Shown: positions 10,402 to 25,337, counted from the first letter of the stretch. The stretch is 64,000 nt of DNA from Eledone cirrhosa (GCA_964016885.1 OZ024740.1:34782001-34846000), one strand, 5' to 3'. The notes: generated by a model not told the origin, from the sequence alone. Numbers and translations: made by a program.

Positions 10402-11100
10402 GATAAAGTACTGTGCTAGTGTCTGTCTGTCTCTCTCTCTCTCTCTAGATAAAGTACTGTGGTAGTGTCTGTCTGTCTCTCTCTCTCTAGATAAAGTACT
10501 GTGGTAGTGTCTGTCTGTCTGTCTCTCTCTCTCTAGATAAAGTACTGTGGTAGTGTCTTTCTGTCTGTCTCTCTCTCTCCCCTCTAGATAAAGTACTGTG
10601 GTAGTGTCTGTCTGTCTGTCTCTCTCTTTCTCTAGATAAAGTACTGTGCTAGTGTCTGTCTGTCTCTCTCTCTGTAGATAAAGTACTGTGGTAGTGTCTG
10701 TCGGTCTCTCTCTCTCTCTGGATAAAGTACTGTGGTAGTGTCTGTCTCTCTCTCTCTAGATAAAGTACTGTGGTAGTGTCTGTCTGTCTGTCTCTCTCTC
10801 TCTAGATAAAGTACTGTGGTAGTGTCTGTCGCTCTCTCTCTCTTTCTCTCTCTAGATAAAGTACTGTGGTAATGTCTGTCTCACTCTCTCTCTCTCTTTC
10901 TCTCTCTAGATAAAGTACTGTGGTAGTGTCAGTCTGTCTCTCTCTCTCTCTCTAGATAAAGAACTGTGGTAGTGTCTGTCTGTCTCTCTCTAGATAAAGT
11001 ACTGTGGTAGTGTCTGTCTGTCTCTCTCTCTCTAGATAAAGTACTGTGGTAGTGTCTGTCTGTCTGTTTCTCTCTCTCTCTAGATAAAGTACTGTGGTAG

Positions 11101-11131
<31 letters not shown>

Positions 11132-11914
11132 AGATAAAGTACTGTGGTAGTGTCTGTCTGTCTGTGTCTCTCTTTCTCTAGATAAAGTACTGTCCTAGTG
11201 TCTGTCTGTCTCTCTCTCTGTAGATAAAGTACTGTGGTAGTGTCTGTCTGTCTCTCTCTCTCTAGATAAAGTACTGTGGTAGTGACCGTCTGTCTCTCTC
11301 TCTAGATAAAGTACTGTGGTAGTGTCTCTCAGTCTCTCTCTCTCTCTAGATAAAGTACTGTGGTAGTGTCTGTCTGTCTCTCTCTCTCTAGATAAAGTAC
11401 TGTGGTAATGTCTGTCTGTCTCTCTGTCACTCTCTCTAGATAAAGTACTGTGGTAGTGTGTGTCTGTCTCTCTCTCTCTCTAGATAAAGTACTGTGGTAG
11501 TGTCTGTCTCTCTCTCTCTAGATAAAGTACTGTGGTAGTGTCTGTCTGTCTGTCTCTCTCTCTCTAGATAAAGTACTGTGGTAGTGTCTGTCTGTCTGTC
11601 TCTCTGTCTCTCTCTCTCTCTCTAGATAAAGTACTGTGGTAGTGTCTGTCTGTCTGTCACTCTCTCTCTCTCTCTCTAGATAAAGTACTGTGGTAGTGTC
11701 TGTCTGTCTTTCTCTCTCTCTAGATAAAGTACTGTGGTAGTGTCTCTCTGTCTCTCTCTCTAGATAAAGTACTGTGGTAGTGTCTCTCTGACTCTCTCTA
11801 GATAAAGTACTGTGGTAGTGTCTGGCTGTCTCTCTCTCTCTCTCTCTCTCTAGATAAAGTACTGTGCTAGTGTCTGTCTCTCTCTCTCTCTCTCTAGATA
11901 AAGTACTGTGGTAG

Positions 11915-11951
<37 letters not shown>

Positions 11952-12339
11952 AGATAAAGTACTGTGGTAGTGTCTGTCTGTCTGTCTCTCTCTTTCTCTA
12001 GATAAAATACTGTCCTAGTGTCTGTCTGTCTCTCTCTCTGTAGATAAAGTACTGTGGTAGTGTCTGTCTGTCTCTCTCTCTAGATAAAGTACTGTGGTAG
12101 TGACTGTCTGTCTCTCTCTCTAGATAAAGTACTGTGGTAGTGTCTCTCAGTCTCTCTCTCTCTAGATAAAGTACTGTCCTAGTGTCTGTCTGTCTCTCTC
12201 TCTCTAGATAAAGTACTGTGGTAGTGTCTGTCTGTCTCTCTGTCACTCTCTCTAGATAAAGTACTGTGGTAGTGTGTGTCTGTCTCTCTCTCTCTCTAGA
12301 TAAAGTACTGTGGTAGTGTCTGTCTCTCTCTCTCTAGAT

Positions 12340-12729
12340 AAAGTACTGTGGTAGTGTCTGTCTGTCTGTCTCTCTCTCTAGATAAAGTACTGTGGTAGTG
12401 TCTGTCTGTCTGTCTCTCTGTCTCTCTCTCTCTCTCTCTAGATAAAGTACTGTGGTCGTGTCTGTCTGTCTGTCACTCTCTCTCTCTCTCTCTAGATAAA
12501 CTACTGTGGTAGTGTCTGTCTGTCTTTCTCTCTCTCTAGATAAAGTACTGTGGTAGTGTCTGTCTGTCTGTCTCTCTCTCTCTCTAGATAAAGTACTGTG
12601 GTAGTGTCTGTCTGTCTCTCTCTCTAGATAAAGTACTGTGGTAGTGTCTCTCTGTCTCTCTCTCTAGATAAAGTACTGTGGTAGTGTCTCTCTGACTCTC
12701 TCTAGATAAAGTAATGTGGTAGTGTCTGG

Positions 12730-12764
<35 letters not shown>

Positions 12765-14450
12765 GATAAAGTACTGTGCTAGTGTCTGTCTGTCTCTCTC
12801 TCTCTCTAGATAAAGTACTGTGGTAGTGTCTGTCTGTCTCTCTCTCTCTAGATAAAGTACTGTGGTAGTGTCTGTCTGTCTGTCTCTCTCTCTCTAGATA
12901 AAGTACTGTGGTAGTGTCTTTCTGTCTGTCTCTCTCTCTCTCTCTCTAGATAAAGTACTGTGGTAGTGTCTGTCTGTCTGTCTCTCTCTTTCTCTAGATA
13001 AAGTACTGTGCTAGTGTCTGTCTGTCTCTTTCTCTGTAGATAAAGTACTGTGGTAGTGTCTGTCGGTCTCTCTTTCTCTCTAGATAAAGTACTGTGGTCG
13101 TGTCTGTCTCTCTCTCTCTCTCTCTCTAGATAAAGTACTGTGGTAGTGTCTGTCTGTCTGTCTCTCTCACTCTAGATAAAGTACTGTGGTAGTGTCTGTC
13201 TGTCTGTCTCTCTCTCTCTAGATAAAGTACTGTGGTAGTGTCTGTCTCTCCCTCTCTCTTTCTCTCTCTAGATAAAGTAATGTGGTAATGTCTGTCTCAC
13301 TCTCTCTCTCTCTCTTTCTCTCTCTAGATAAAGTACTGTGGTAGTGTCTGTCTGTCTGTTTCTCTCTCTCTCTAGATAAAGTACTGTGGTAGTGTCTGTC
13401 TGTCTGTCTCTCTCTCTCCCTCTCTCTAGATAAAGTACTGTGGTAGTGTCTGTCTGTCTGTCTCTCTCTTTCTCTAGATAAAGTACTGTCCTAGTGTCTG
13501 TCTGTCTCTCTCTCTGTAGATAAAGTACTGTGGTAGTGTCTGTCTGTCTCTCTCTCTCTCTCTAGATAAAGTACTGTGGTAGTGACCGTCTGTCTCTCTC
13601 TCTAGATAAAGTACTGTGGTAGTGTCTCTCAGTCTCTATCTCTCTCTAGATAAAGTACTGTGGTAGTGTCTGTCTGTCTCTCTCTCTCTAGATAAAGTAC
13701 TGTGGTAATGTCTTTCTGCATCTCTGTCACTGTCTCTAGATAAAGTACTGTGGTAGTGTGTGTCTGTCTCTCTCTCTCTCTAGATAAAGTACTGTGGTAG
13801 TGTCTGTCTCTCTCTCTCTAGATAAAGTACTGTGGTAGTGTCTGTCTGTCTGTCTCTCTCTCTCTAGATAAAGTACTGTGGTAGTGTCTGTCTGTCTGTC
13901 TCTCTGTCTCTCTCTCTCTCTCTCTAGATAATGTACTGTGGTAGTGTCTGTCTGTCTGTCACTCTCTCTCTCTCTCTCTAGATAAAGTACTGTGGTAGTG
14001 TCTGTCTGTCTTTCTCTCTCTCTAGATAAAGTTGTGTGGTAGTGTCTGTCTGTCTCTCTCTCTCTCTCTAGATAAAGTACTGTGGTAGTGTCTGTCTGTC
14101 TGTCACTCTCTCTCTCTCTCTCTAGATAAAGTACTGTGGTAGTGTCTGTCTGTCTTTCTCTCTCTCTAGATAAAGTACTGTGGTAGTGTCTGTCTGTCTG
14201 TCTCTCTCTCTCTCTAGATAAAGTACTGTGGTAGTGTCTGTCTGTCTCTCTCTCTAGATAAAGTACTGTGGTAGTGTCTCTCTGTCTCTCTCTCTAGATA
14301 AAGTACTGTGGTAGTGTCTCTCTGACTCTCTCTAGATAAAGTACTGTGGTAGTGTCTGGCTGTCTCTCTCTCTCTCTCTCTCTCTCTCTAGATAAAGTAC
14401 TGTGCTAGTGTCTGTCTCTCTCTCTCTCTCTAGATAAAGTACTGTGGTAG

Positions 14451-14494
<44 letters not shown>

Positions 14495-14887
14495 GATAAA
14501 GTACTGTGGTAGTGTCTGTCTGTCTGTCTCTCTCTCTAGATAAAGTACTGTGGTAGTGTCTGTCTGTCTGTCTCTCTGTCTCTCTCTCTCTCTCTCTAGA
14601 TAAAGTACTGTGGTCGTGTCTGTCTGTCTGTCACTCTCTCTCTCTCTCTCTAGATAAACTACTGTGGTAGTGTCTGTCTGTCTTTCTCTCTCTCTAGATA
14701 AAGTACTGTGGTAGTGTCTGTCTGTCTGTCTCTCTCTCTCTCTAGATAAAGTACTGTGGTAGTGTCTGTCTGTCTCTCTCTCTAGATAAAGTACTGTGGT
14801 AGTGTCTCTCTGTCTCTCTCTCTAGATAAAGTACTGTGGTAGTGTCTCTCTGACTCTCTCTAGATAAAGTAATGTGGTAGTGTCTGG

Positions 14888-14922
<35 letters not shown>

Positions 14923-16608
14923 GATAAAGTACTGTGCTAGTGTCTGTCTGTCTCTCTCTCTCTCTAGATAAAGTACTGTGGTAGTGTCTGTCTGTCTCTC
15001 TCTCTCTAGATAAAGTACTGTGGTAGTGTCTGTCTGTCTGTCTCTCTCTCTCTAGATAAAGTACTGTGGTAGTGTCTTTCTGTCTGTCTCTCTCTCTCTC
15101 TCTCTAGATAAAGTACTGTGGTAGTGTCTGTCTGTCTGTCTCTCTCTTTCTCTAGATAAAGTACTGTGCTAGTGTCTGTCTGTCTCTTTCTCTGTAGATA
15201 AAGTACTGTGGTAGTGTCTGTCGGTCTCTCTTTCTCTCTAGATAAAGTACTGTGGTCGTGTCTGTCTCTCTCTCTCTCTCTCTCTAGATAAAGTACTGTG
15301 GTAGTGTCTGTCTGTCTGTCTCTCTCACTCTAGATAAAGTACTGTGGTAGTGTCTGTCTGTCTGTCTCTCTCTCTCTAGATAAAGTACTGTGGTAGTGTC
15401 TGTCTCTCCCTCTCTCTTTCTCTCTCTAGATAAAGTAATGTGGTAATGTCTGTCTCACTCTCTCTCTCTCTCTTTCTCTCTCTAGATAAAGTACTGTGGT
15501 AGTGTCTGTCTGTCTGTTTCTCTCTCTCTCTAGATAAAGTACTGTGGTAGTGTCTGTCTGTCTGTCTCTCTCTCTCCCTCTCTCTAGATAAAGTACTGTG
15601 GTAGTGTCTGTCTGTCTGTCTCTCTCTTTCTCTAGATAAAGTACTGTCCTAGTGTCTGTCTGTCTCTCTCTCTGTAGATAAAGTACTGTGGTAGTGTCTG
15701 TCTGTCTCTCTCTCTCTCTCTAGATAAAGTACTGTGGTAGTGACCGTCTGTCTCTCTCTCTAGATAAAGTACTGTGGTAGTGTCTCTCAGTCTCTATCTC
15801 TCTCTAGATAAAGTACTGTGGTAGTGTCTGTCTGTCTCTCTCTCTCTAGATAAAGTACTGTGGTAATGTCTTTCTGCATCTCTGTCACTGTCTCTAGATA
15901 AAGTACTGTGGTAGTGTGTGTCTGTCTCTCTCTCTCTCTAGATAAAGTACTGTGGTAGTGTCTGTCTCTCTCTCTCTAGATAAAGTACTGTGGTAGTGTC
16001 TGTCTGTCTGTCTCTCTCTCTCTAGATAAAGTACTGTGGTAGTGTCTGTCTGTCTGTCTCTCTGTCTCTCTCTCTCTCTCTCTAGATAATGTACTGTGGT
16101 AGTGTCTGTCTGTCTGTCACTCTCTCTCTCTCTCTCTAGATAAAGTACTGTGGTAGTGTCTGTCTGTCTTTCTCTCTCTCTAGATAAAGTTGTGTGGTAG
16201 TGTCTGTCTGTCTCTCTCTCTCTCTCTAGATAAAGTACTGTGGTAGTGTCTGTCTGTCTGTCACTCTCTCTCTCTCTCTCTAGATAAAGTACTGTGGTAG
16301 TGTCTGTCTGTCTTTCTCTCTCTCTAGATAAAGTACTGTGGTAGTGTCTGTCTGTCTGTCTCTCTCTCTCTCTAGATAAAGTACTGTGGTAGTGTCTGTC
16401 TGTCTCTCTCTCTAGATAAAGTACTGTGGTAGTGTCTCTCTGTCTCTCTCTCTAGATAAAGTACTGTGGTAGTGTCTCTCTGACTCTCTCTAGATAAAGT
16501 ACTGTGGTAGTGTCTGGCTGTCTCTCTCTCTCTCTCTCTCTCTCTCTAGATAAAGTACTGTGCTAGTGTCTGTCTCTCTCTCTCTCTCTAGATAAAGTAC
16601 TGTGGTAG

Positions 16609-16650
<42 letters not shown>
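12340..16650 (+). repeat. Higher-order tandem duplication, 2 x 2158 bp
   Basis: Variant pairs lie exactly 2158 apart: gataaaCtact 12501/14659, tttctgcA 13720/15878, aaaGttgtgtgg 14031/16189. Ends approximate. Confidence 0.9.
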
Positions 16651-16652
<2 letters not shown>

Positions 16653-17433
16653 GATAAAGTACTGTGGTAGTGTCTGTCTGTCTGTCTCTCTCTTTCTCTA
16701 GATAAAATACTGTCCTAGTGTCTGTCTGTCTCTCTCTCTGTAGATAAAGTACTGTGGTAGTGTCTGTCTGTCTCTCTCTCTCTCTAGATAAAGTACTGTG
16801 GTAGTGACTGTCTGTCTCTCTCTCTAGATAAAGTACTGTGGTAGTGTCTCTCAGTCTCTCTCTCTCTAGATAAAGTACTGTGGTAGTGTCTGTCTGTCTC
16901 TCTCTCTCTAGATAAAGTACTGTGGTAGTGTCTGTCTGTCTCTCTGTCACTCTCTCTAGATAAAGTACTGTGGTAGTGTGTGTCTGTCTCTCTCTCTCTC
17001 TAGATAAAGTACTGTGGTAGTGTCTGTCTCTCTCTCTCTAGATAAAGTGCTGTGGTAGTGTCTGTCTGTCTGTCTCTCTCTCTAGATAAAGTACTGTGGT
17101 AGTGTCTGTCTGTCTGTCTCTCTGTCTCTCTCTCTCACTCTCTAGATAAAGTACTGTGGTCCTGTCTGTCTGTCTGTCACTCTCTCTCTCTCTCTATAGA
17201 TAAACTACTGTGGTAGTGTCTGTCTGTCTTTCTCTCTCTCTAGATAAAGTACTGTGGTAGTGTCTGTCTGTCTGTCTCTCTCTCTCTCTAGATAAAGTAC
17301 TGTGGTAGTGTCTGTCTGTCTCTCTCTCTAGATAAAGTACTGTGGTAGTGTCTCTCTGTCTCTCTCTCTAGATAAAGTACTGTGGTAGTGTCTCTCTGAC
17401 TCTCTCTAGATAAAGTACTGTGGTAGTGTCTGG

Positions 17434-17468
<35 letters not shown>

Positions 17469-18178
17469 GATAAAGTACTGTGCTAGTGTCTGTCTGTCTC
17501 TCTCTCTCTCTAGATAAAGTACTGTGGTAGTGTCTGTCTGTCTCTCTCTCTCTCTAGATAAAGTACTGTGGTAGTGTCTGTCTGTCTGTCTCTCTCTCTC
17601 TAGATAAAGTACTGTGGTAGTGTCTTTCTGTCTGTCTCTCTCTCTCTCTAGATAAAGTACTGTGGTAGTGTCTGTCTGTCTGTCTCTCTCTTTCTCTAGA
17701 TAAAGTACTGTGCTAGTGTCTGTCTGTCTCTCTCTCTGTAGATAAAGTACTGTGGTAGTGTCTGTCGGTCTCTCTTTTTCTCTAGATAAAGTACTGTGGT
17801 CGTGTCTGTCTCTCTCTCTCTCTCTAGATAAAGTACTGTGGTAGTGTCTGTCTGTCTGTCTCTCTCTCTCTAGATAAAGTACTGTGGTAGTGTCTGTCTG
17901 TCTGTCTCTCTCTCTCTAGATAAAGTACTGTGGTAGTGTCTGTCTCTCCCTCTCTCTTTCTCTCTCTAGATAAAGTAATGTGGTAATGTCTGTCTCACTC
18001 TCTCTCTCTCTTTCTCTCTCTAGATAAAGTACTGTGGTAGTGTCAGTCTGTCTCTCTCTCTCTCTCTCTAGATAAAGTACTGTGGTAGTGTCTGTCTGTC
18101 TCTCTCTCTCTAGATAAAGTACTGTGGTAGTGTCTGTCTGTCTGTTTCTCTCTCTCTCTAGATAAAGTACTGTGGTAG

Positions 18179-18220
<42 letters not shown>

Positions 18221-18994
18221 GATAAAGTACTGTGGTAGTGTCTGTCTGTCTGTCTCTCTCTTTCTCTAGATAAAGTACTGTCCTAGTGTCTGTCTGTCTC
18301 TCTCTCTGTAGATAAAGTACTGTGGTAGTGTCTGTCTGTCTCTCTCTCTCTCTAGATAAAGTACTGTGGTAGTGACCGTCTGTCTCTCTCTCTAGATAAA
18401 GTACTGTGGTAGTGTCTCTCAGTCTCTATCTCTGTCCAGATAAAGTACTGTGGTAGTGTCTGTCTGTCTCTCTCTCTCTAGATAAAGTACTGTGGTAATG
18501 TCTTTCGGTCTCTCTGTCACTGTCTCTAGATAAAGTACTGTGGTAGTGTGTGTCTGTCTCTCTCTCTCTCTAGATAAAGTACTGTGGTAGTGTCTGTCTC
18601 TCTCTCTCTAGATAAAGTACTGTGGTAGTGTCTGTCTGTCTGTCTCTCTCTCTCTAGATAAAGTACTGTGGTAGTGTCTGTCTGTCTGTCTCTCTGTCTC
18701 TCTCTCTCTCTCTAGATAATGTACTGTGGTAGTGTCTGTCTGTCTTTCTCTCTCTCTAGATAAAGTTCTGTGGTAGTGTCTGTCTGTCTCTCTCTCTCTC
18801 TCTAGATAAAGTACTGTGGTAGTGTCTGTCTGTCTCTCTCTCTAGATAAAGTACTGTGGTAGTGTCTCTCTGTCTCTCTCTCTAGATAAAGTACTGAGGT
18901 AGTGTCTCTCTGACTCTCTCTAGATAAAGTACTGTGGTAGTGTCTGGCTGTCTCTCTCTCTCTCTCTCTCTCTCTAGATAAAGTACTGTGCTAG

Positions 18995-19029
<35 letters not shown>

Positions 19030-19146
19030 AGATAAAGTACTGTGGTAGTGTCTGTCTGTCTCTCTCTCTCTCTAGATAAAGTACTGTGGTAATCACTGTC
19101 TTTCTCTCTCTCTCTCTAGATAAAGTACTGTGGTAGTGTCTGTCTG

Positions 19147-19179
<33 letters not shown>

Positions 19180-19570
19180 AGATAAAGTACTGTGGTAGTG
19201 TCTGTCTGTCTCTCTCTCTAAATAAAGTACTGTGGTAGTGTCTGTCTGTCTCTCTCTCTATATATAAAGTACTGTGGTAGTGTCTGTGTGTCTCTCTCTA
19301 GATAAAGTACTGTGCTAGTGTCTGTCTGTCTCTCTCTCTTTCTCTCTAGATAAAGTACTGTGGTAGTGTCTGTCTGTCTGTCTCTCTGTCTCTCTCTCTC
19401 TCTCTAGATAAAGTACTGTGGTAGTGTCTGTCTGTCTGTCACTCTCTCTCTCTCTCTCCCGATAAAGTACTGGTGTAGTGTCTGTCTGTCTTTCTCTCTC
19501 TCTAGATAAAGTACTGTGGTAGTGTCTGTCTGTCTGTCTCTCTTTCTCTCTAGATAAAGTACTGTGGCAG

Positions 19571-19631
<61 letters not shown>

Positions 19632-19738
19632 ATAAAGTACTGTGGTAGTGTCTGTCTGTCTGTCTCTCTCTCACTCTCCCTTTTGAGATAAAGTACTATG
19701 GCAGTTTCTGTCTGTCTCAAGATAAAGTACTGTGGTAG

Positions 19739-19769
<31 letters not shown>

Positions 19770-19796
19770 AGATAAAGTACTGTGGTAGTGTCTGTC

Positions 19797-19842
<46 letters not shown>

Positions 19843-20005
19843 GATAAAGTACTGTGGCAGTGTCTGTCTGTCTCTCTCTCTCTCCTCTAGATAAAGTACT
19901 GTGGCAGTGTCTGTCTGTCTGTCTCTCTCTCTCTCTAGATAAAGTACTGTGGTTGTGTCTGTCTCTCTATCTCTCTCTCTCTCTCTAGATAAAGTACTGT
20001 GGTAG

Positions 20006-20036
<31 letters not shown>

Positions 20037-20063
20037 AGATAAAGTACTGTGGTAGTGTCTGTC

Positions 20064-20117
<54 letters not shown>

Positions 20118-20280
20118 GATAAAGTACTGTGGCAGTGTCTGTCTGTCTCTCTCTCTCTCCTCTAGATAAAGTACTGTGGCAGTGTCTGTCTGTCTGTCTC
20201 TCTCTCTCTCTAGATAAAGTACTGTGGTTGTGTCTGTCTCTCTATCTCTCTCTCTCTCTCTAGATAAAGTACTGTGGTAG

Positions 20281-20311
<31 letters not shown>

Positions 20312-20473
20312 ATCTCTTTAGATAAAGTACTGTGGTAGTTTCTGTCTGTCTCTATATAAATTACTGCGTTAGTGTCTGTCTGTCTCTCTCTCTCTCTCCT
20401 CTAGATAAAGTACTGTGGCAGTGTCTGTCTGTCTCTCTCTCTCTCTCTAGATAAAGTACTGTGGTAGTGTCTT

Positions 20474-20504
<31 letters not shown>

Positions 20505-21481
20505 AGATAAAGTACTGTGGTAGTTTCTGTCTGTCTCTAGATAAAGTACTGTGGTAGTGTCTGTCTATCTCTCTCTCTCTCTCTAGATAAAGTACTGCGG
20601 TAGTATCTGTCTGTCTATCTCTCTCTCTCTAGATAAAGTACTGTGGTAGTGTCTGTCTGTCTCTCTCTAGATAAAGTACTGTGGTAGTGTCTGTCTGTCT
20701 CTCTCTAGATGAAGTACTGTGGTAGTGTCTGTCTGTCTCTCTCTCTCTCTCTAGATAATGTACTGTGGTACTGGCTGTCTGTCTCTCTCTCTCTAGATAA
20801 AGTACTGTGGTAGTGTCTGTCTGTGTCTCTCTCTCTCTCTAGATAAAGTACTGTGGTAGTGACCGTCTGTCTCTCTCTCTAGATAAAGTACTGTGGTAGT
20901 GTCTCTCAGTCTCTATCTCTCTCTAGATAAAGTACTGTGGTAGTGTCTGTCTGTCTCTCTCTCTCTAGATAAAGTACTGTGGTAATGTCTTTCGGTCTCT
21001 CTGTCACTGTCTCTAGATAAAGTACTGTGGTAGTGTGTGTCTGTCTCTCTCTCTCTCTAGATAAAGTACTGTGGTAGTGTCTGTCTCTCTCTCTCTAGAT
21101 AAAGTACTGTGGTAGTGTCTGTCTGTCTGTCTCTCTCTCTCTAGATAAAGTACTGTGGTAGTGTCTGTCTGTCTGTCTCTCTGTCTCTCTCTCTCTCTCT
21201 AGATAATGTACTGTGGTAGTGTCTGTCTGTCTTTCTCTCTCTCTAGATAAAGTTCTGTGGTAGTGTCTGTCTGTCTCTCTCTCTCTCTCTAGATAAAGTA
21301 CTGTGGTAGTGTCTGTCTGTCTCTCTCTCTAGATAAAGTACTGTGGTAGTGTCTCTCTGTCTCTCTCTCTAGATAAAGTACTGAGGTAGTGTCTCTCTGA
21401 CTCTCTCTAGATAAAGTACTGTGGTAGTGTCTGGCTGTCTCTCTCTCTCTCTCTCTCTCTCTAGATAAAGTACTGTGCTAG

Positions 21482-21514
<33 letters not shown>

Positions 21515-21631
21515 AGATAAAGTACTGTGGTAGTGTCTGTCTGTCTCTCTCTCTCTCTAGATAAAGTACTGTGGTAATGACTGTCTTTCTCTCTCTCTCT
21601 CTAGATAAAGTACTGTGGTAGTGTCTGTCTG

Positions 21632-21664
<33 letters not shown>

Positions 21665-22055
21665 AGATAAAGTACTGTGGTAGTGTCTGTCTGTCTCTCT
21701 CTCTAAATAAAGTACTGTGGTAGTGTCTGTCTGTCTCTCTCTCTATATATAAAGTACTGTGGTAGTGTCTGTGTGTCTCTCTCTAGATAAAGTACTGTGC
21801 TAGTGTCTGTCTGTCTCTCTCTCTTTCTCTCTAGATAAAGTACTGTGGTAGTGTCTGTCTGTCTGTCTCTCTGTCTCTCTCTCTCTCTCTAGATAAAGTA
21901 CTGTGGTAGTGTCTGTCTGTCTGTCACTCTCTCTCTCTCTCTCCCGATAAAGTACTGGTGTAGTGTCTGTCTGTCTTTCTCTCTCTCTAGATAAAGTACT
22001 GTGGTAGTGTCTGTCTGTCTGTCTCTCTTTCTCTCTAGATAAAGTACTGTGGCAG

Positions 22056-22116
<61 letters not shown>

Positions 22117-22279
22117 ATAAAGTACTGTGGTAGTGTCTGTCTGTCTGTCTCTCTCTCACTCTCCCTTTTGAGATAAAGTACTATGGCAGTTTCTGTCTGT
22201 CTCTAGATAAAGTACTGTGGTAGTGTCTGTCTGTCTGTCTCTCTCTCTCTCTAGATAAAGTACTGTGGTAGTGTCTGTC

Positions 22280-22333
<54 letters not shown>

Positions 22334-22500
22334 GATAAAGTACTGTGGTAGTGTCTGTCTGTCTCTCTCTCTCTCCTCTAGATAAAGTACTGTGGCAGTG
22401 TCTGTCTGTCTGTCTCTCTCTCTCTCTAGATAAAGTACTGTGGTTGTGTCTGTCTCTCTATCTCTCTCTCTCTCTCTCTCTAGATAAAGTACTGTGGTAG

Positions 22501-22531
<31 letters not shown>

Positions 22532-23546
22532 ATCTCTTTAGATAAAGTACTGTGGTAGTTTCTGTCTGTCTCTATATAAATTACTGCGTTAGTGTCTGTC
22601 TGTCTCTCTCTCTCTCTCCTCTAGATAAAGTACTGTGGCAGTGTCTGTCTGTCTCTCTCTCTCTCTCTAGATAAAGTACTGTGGTAGTGTCTTTCTGTCT
22701 GTCTCTCTCTCTCTCTCTCTAGATAAAGTACTGTGGTAGTTTCTGTCTGTCTCTAGATAAAGTACTGTGGTAGTGTCTGTCTATCTCTCTCTCTCTCTCT
22801 AGATAAAGTACTGCGGTAGTATCTGTCTGTCTATCTCTCTCTCTCTAGATAAAGTACTGTGGTAGTGTCTGTCTGTCTCTCTCTAGATAAAGTACTGTGG
22901 TAGTGTCTGTCTGTCTCTCTCTAGATGAAGTACTGTGGTAGTGTCTGTCTGTCTCTCTCTCTCTCTCTAGATAATGTACTGTGGTACTGGCTGTCTGTCT
23001 CTCTCTCTCTAGATAAAGTACTGTGGTAGTGTCTGTCTGTGTCTCTCTCTCTCTCTAGATAAAGTACTGTGGTAGTGTCAGTCTCTCTGTCTCTCTCTCT
23101 CTCTCTCTAGATAAAGTACTGTGGTAGTGTCTGTCTGTCTCTGTCTCTCTCTAGATAAAGTACTGTAGTAGTGTCTGTTAGTCTCTCTCTCTCTCTCTAG
23201 ATAAAGTACTGTGGTAGTGTCTGTCTGTCTGTCTCTCTGTCTCTCTCTCTCTCTCTCTAGATAAAGTACTGTGGTCGTGTCTGTCTGTCTGTCACTCTCT
23301 CTCTCTCTCTCTAGATAAACTACTGTGGTAGTGTCTGTCTGTCTTTCTCTCTCTCTAGATAAAGTACTGTGGTAGTGTCTGTCTGTCTGTCTCTCTCTCT
23401 CTAGATAAAGTACTGTGGTAGTGTCTGTCTGTCTCTCTCTCTAGATAAAGTACTGTGGTAGTGTCTCTCTGTCTCTCTCTCTAGATAAAGTACTGTGGTA
23501 GTGTCTCTCTGACTCTCTCTAGATAAAGTACTGTGGTAGTGTCTGG

Positions 23547-23581
<35 letters not shown>

Positions 23582-24241
23582 GATAAAGTACTGTGCTAGT
23601 GTCTGTCTGTCTCTCTCTCTCTCTAGATAAATTACTGTGGTAGTGTCTGTCTGTCTCTCTCTCTCTCTAGATAAAGTACTGTGGTAGTGTCTGTCTGTCT
23701 GTCTCTCTCTCTCTAGATAAAGTACTGTGGTAGTGTCTTTCTGTCTGTCTCTCTCTCTCTCTAGATAAAGTACTGTGGTAGTGTCTGTCTGTCTGTCTCT
23801 CTCTTTCTCTAGATAAAGTACTGTGCTAGTGTCTGTCTGTCTCTCTCTCTGTAGATAAAGTACTGTGGTAGTGTCTGTCGGTCTCTCTTTCTCTCTAGAT
23901 AAAGTACTGTGGTCGTGTCTGTCTCTCTCTCTCTCTCTAGATAAAGTACTGTGGTAGTGTCTGTCTGTCTGTCTCTCTCTCTCTAGATAAAGTACTGTGG
24001 TAGTGTCTGTCTGTCTGTCTCTCTCTCTCTAGATAAAGTAATGTGGTAATGTCTGTCTCACTCTCTCTCTCTCTTTCTCTCTCTAGATAAAGTACTGTGG
24101 TAGTGTCAGTCTGTCTCTCTCTCTCTCTCTCTAGATAAAGTACTGTGGTAGTGTCTGTCTGTCTCTCTCTCTCTAGATAAAGTACTGTGGTAGTGTCTGT
24201 CTGTCTGTTTCTCTCTCTCTCTAGATAAAGTACTGTGGTAG

Positions 24242-24281
<40 letters not shown>

Positions 24282-25273
24282 GATAAAGTACTGTGGTAGT
24301 GTCTGTCTGTCTGTCTCTCTCTTTCTCTAGATAAAGTACTGTCCTAGTGTCTGTCTGTCTCTCTCTCTGTAGATAAAGTACTGTGGTAGTGTCTGTCTGT
24401 CTCTCTCTCTCTCTCTAGATAAAGTACTGTGGTAGTGACCGTCTGTCTCTCTCTCTAGATAAAGTACTGTGGTAGTGTCTCTCAGTCTCTATCTCTCTCT
24501 AGATAAAGTACTGTGGTAGTGTCTGTCTGTCTCTCTCTCTCTAGATAAAGTACTGTGGTAATGTCTTTCGGTCTCTCTGTCACTGTCTCTAGATAAAGTA
24601 CTGTGGTAGTGTGTGTCTGTCTCTCTCTCTCTCTAGATAAAGTACTGTGGTAGTGTCTGTCTCTCTCTCTCTAGATAAAGTACTGTGGTAGTGTCTGTCT
24701 GTCTGTCTCTCTCTCTCTAGATAAAGTACTGTGGTAGTGTCTGTCTGTCTGTCTCTCTGTCTCTCTCTCTCTCTCTAGATAATGTACTGTGGTAGTGTCT
24801 GTCTGTTTTTCTCTCTCTCTAGATAAAGTTCTGTGGTAGTGTCTGTCTGTCTCTCTCTCTCTCTCTAGATAAAGTACTGTGCTAGTGTCTGTCTGTCTCT
24901 CTCTCTTTCTCTCTAGATAAAGTACTGTGGTAGTGTCTGTCTGTCTGTCTCTCTGTCTCTCTCTCTCTCTCTAGATAAAGTACTGTGGTAGTGTCTGTCT
25001 GTCTGTCACTCTCTCTCTCTCTCCCGATAAAGTACTGGGGTAGTGTCTGTCTGTCTTTCTCTCTCTCTAGATAAAGTACTGTGGTAGTGTCTGTCTGTCT
25101 GTCTCTCTTTCTCTCTAGATAAAGTACTGTGGTAGTGTCTGTCTGTCTGTCTCTCTCTCACTCTCCCTTTTGAGATAAAGTACTATGGCAGTTTCTGTCT
25201 GTCTCTAGATAAAGTACTGTGGTAGTGTCTGTCTGTCTGTCTCTCTCTCTCTCTAGATAAAGTACTGTGGTAG

Positions 25274-25337
<64 letters not shown>

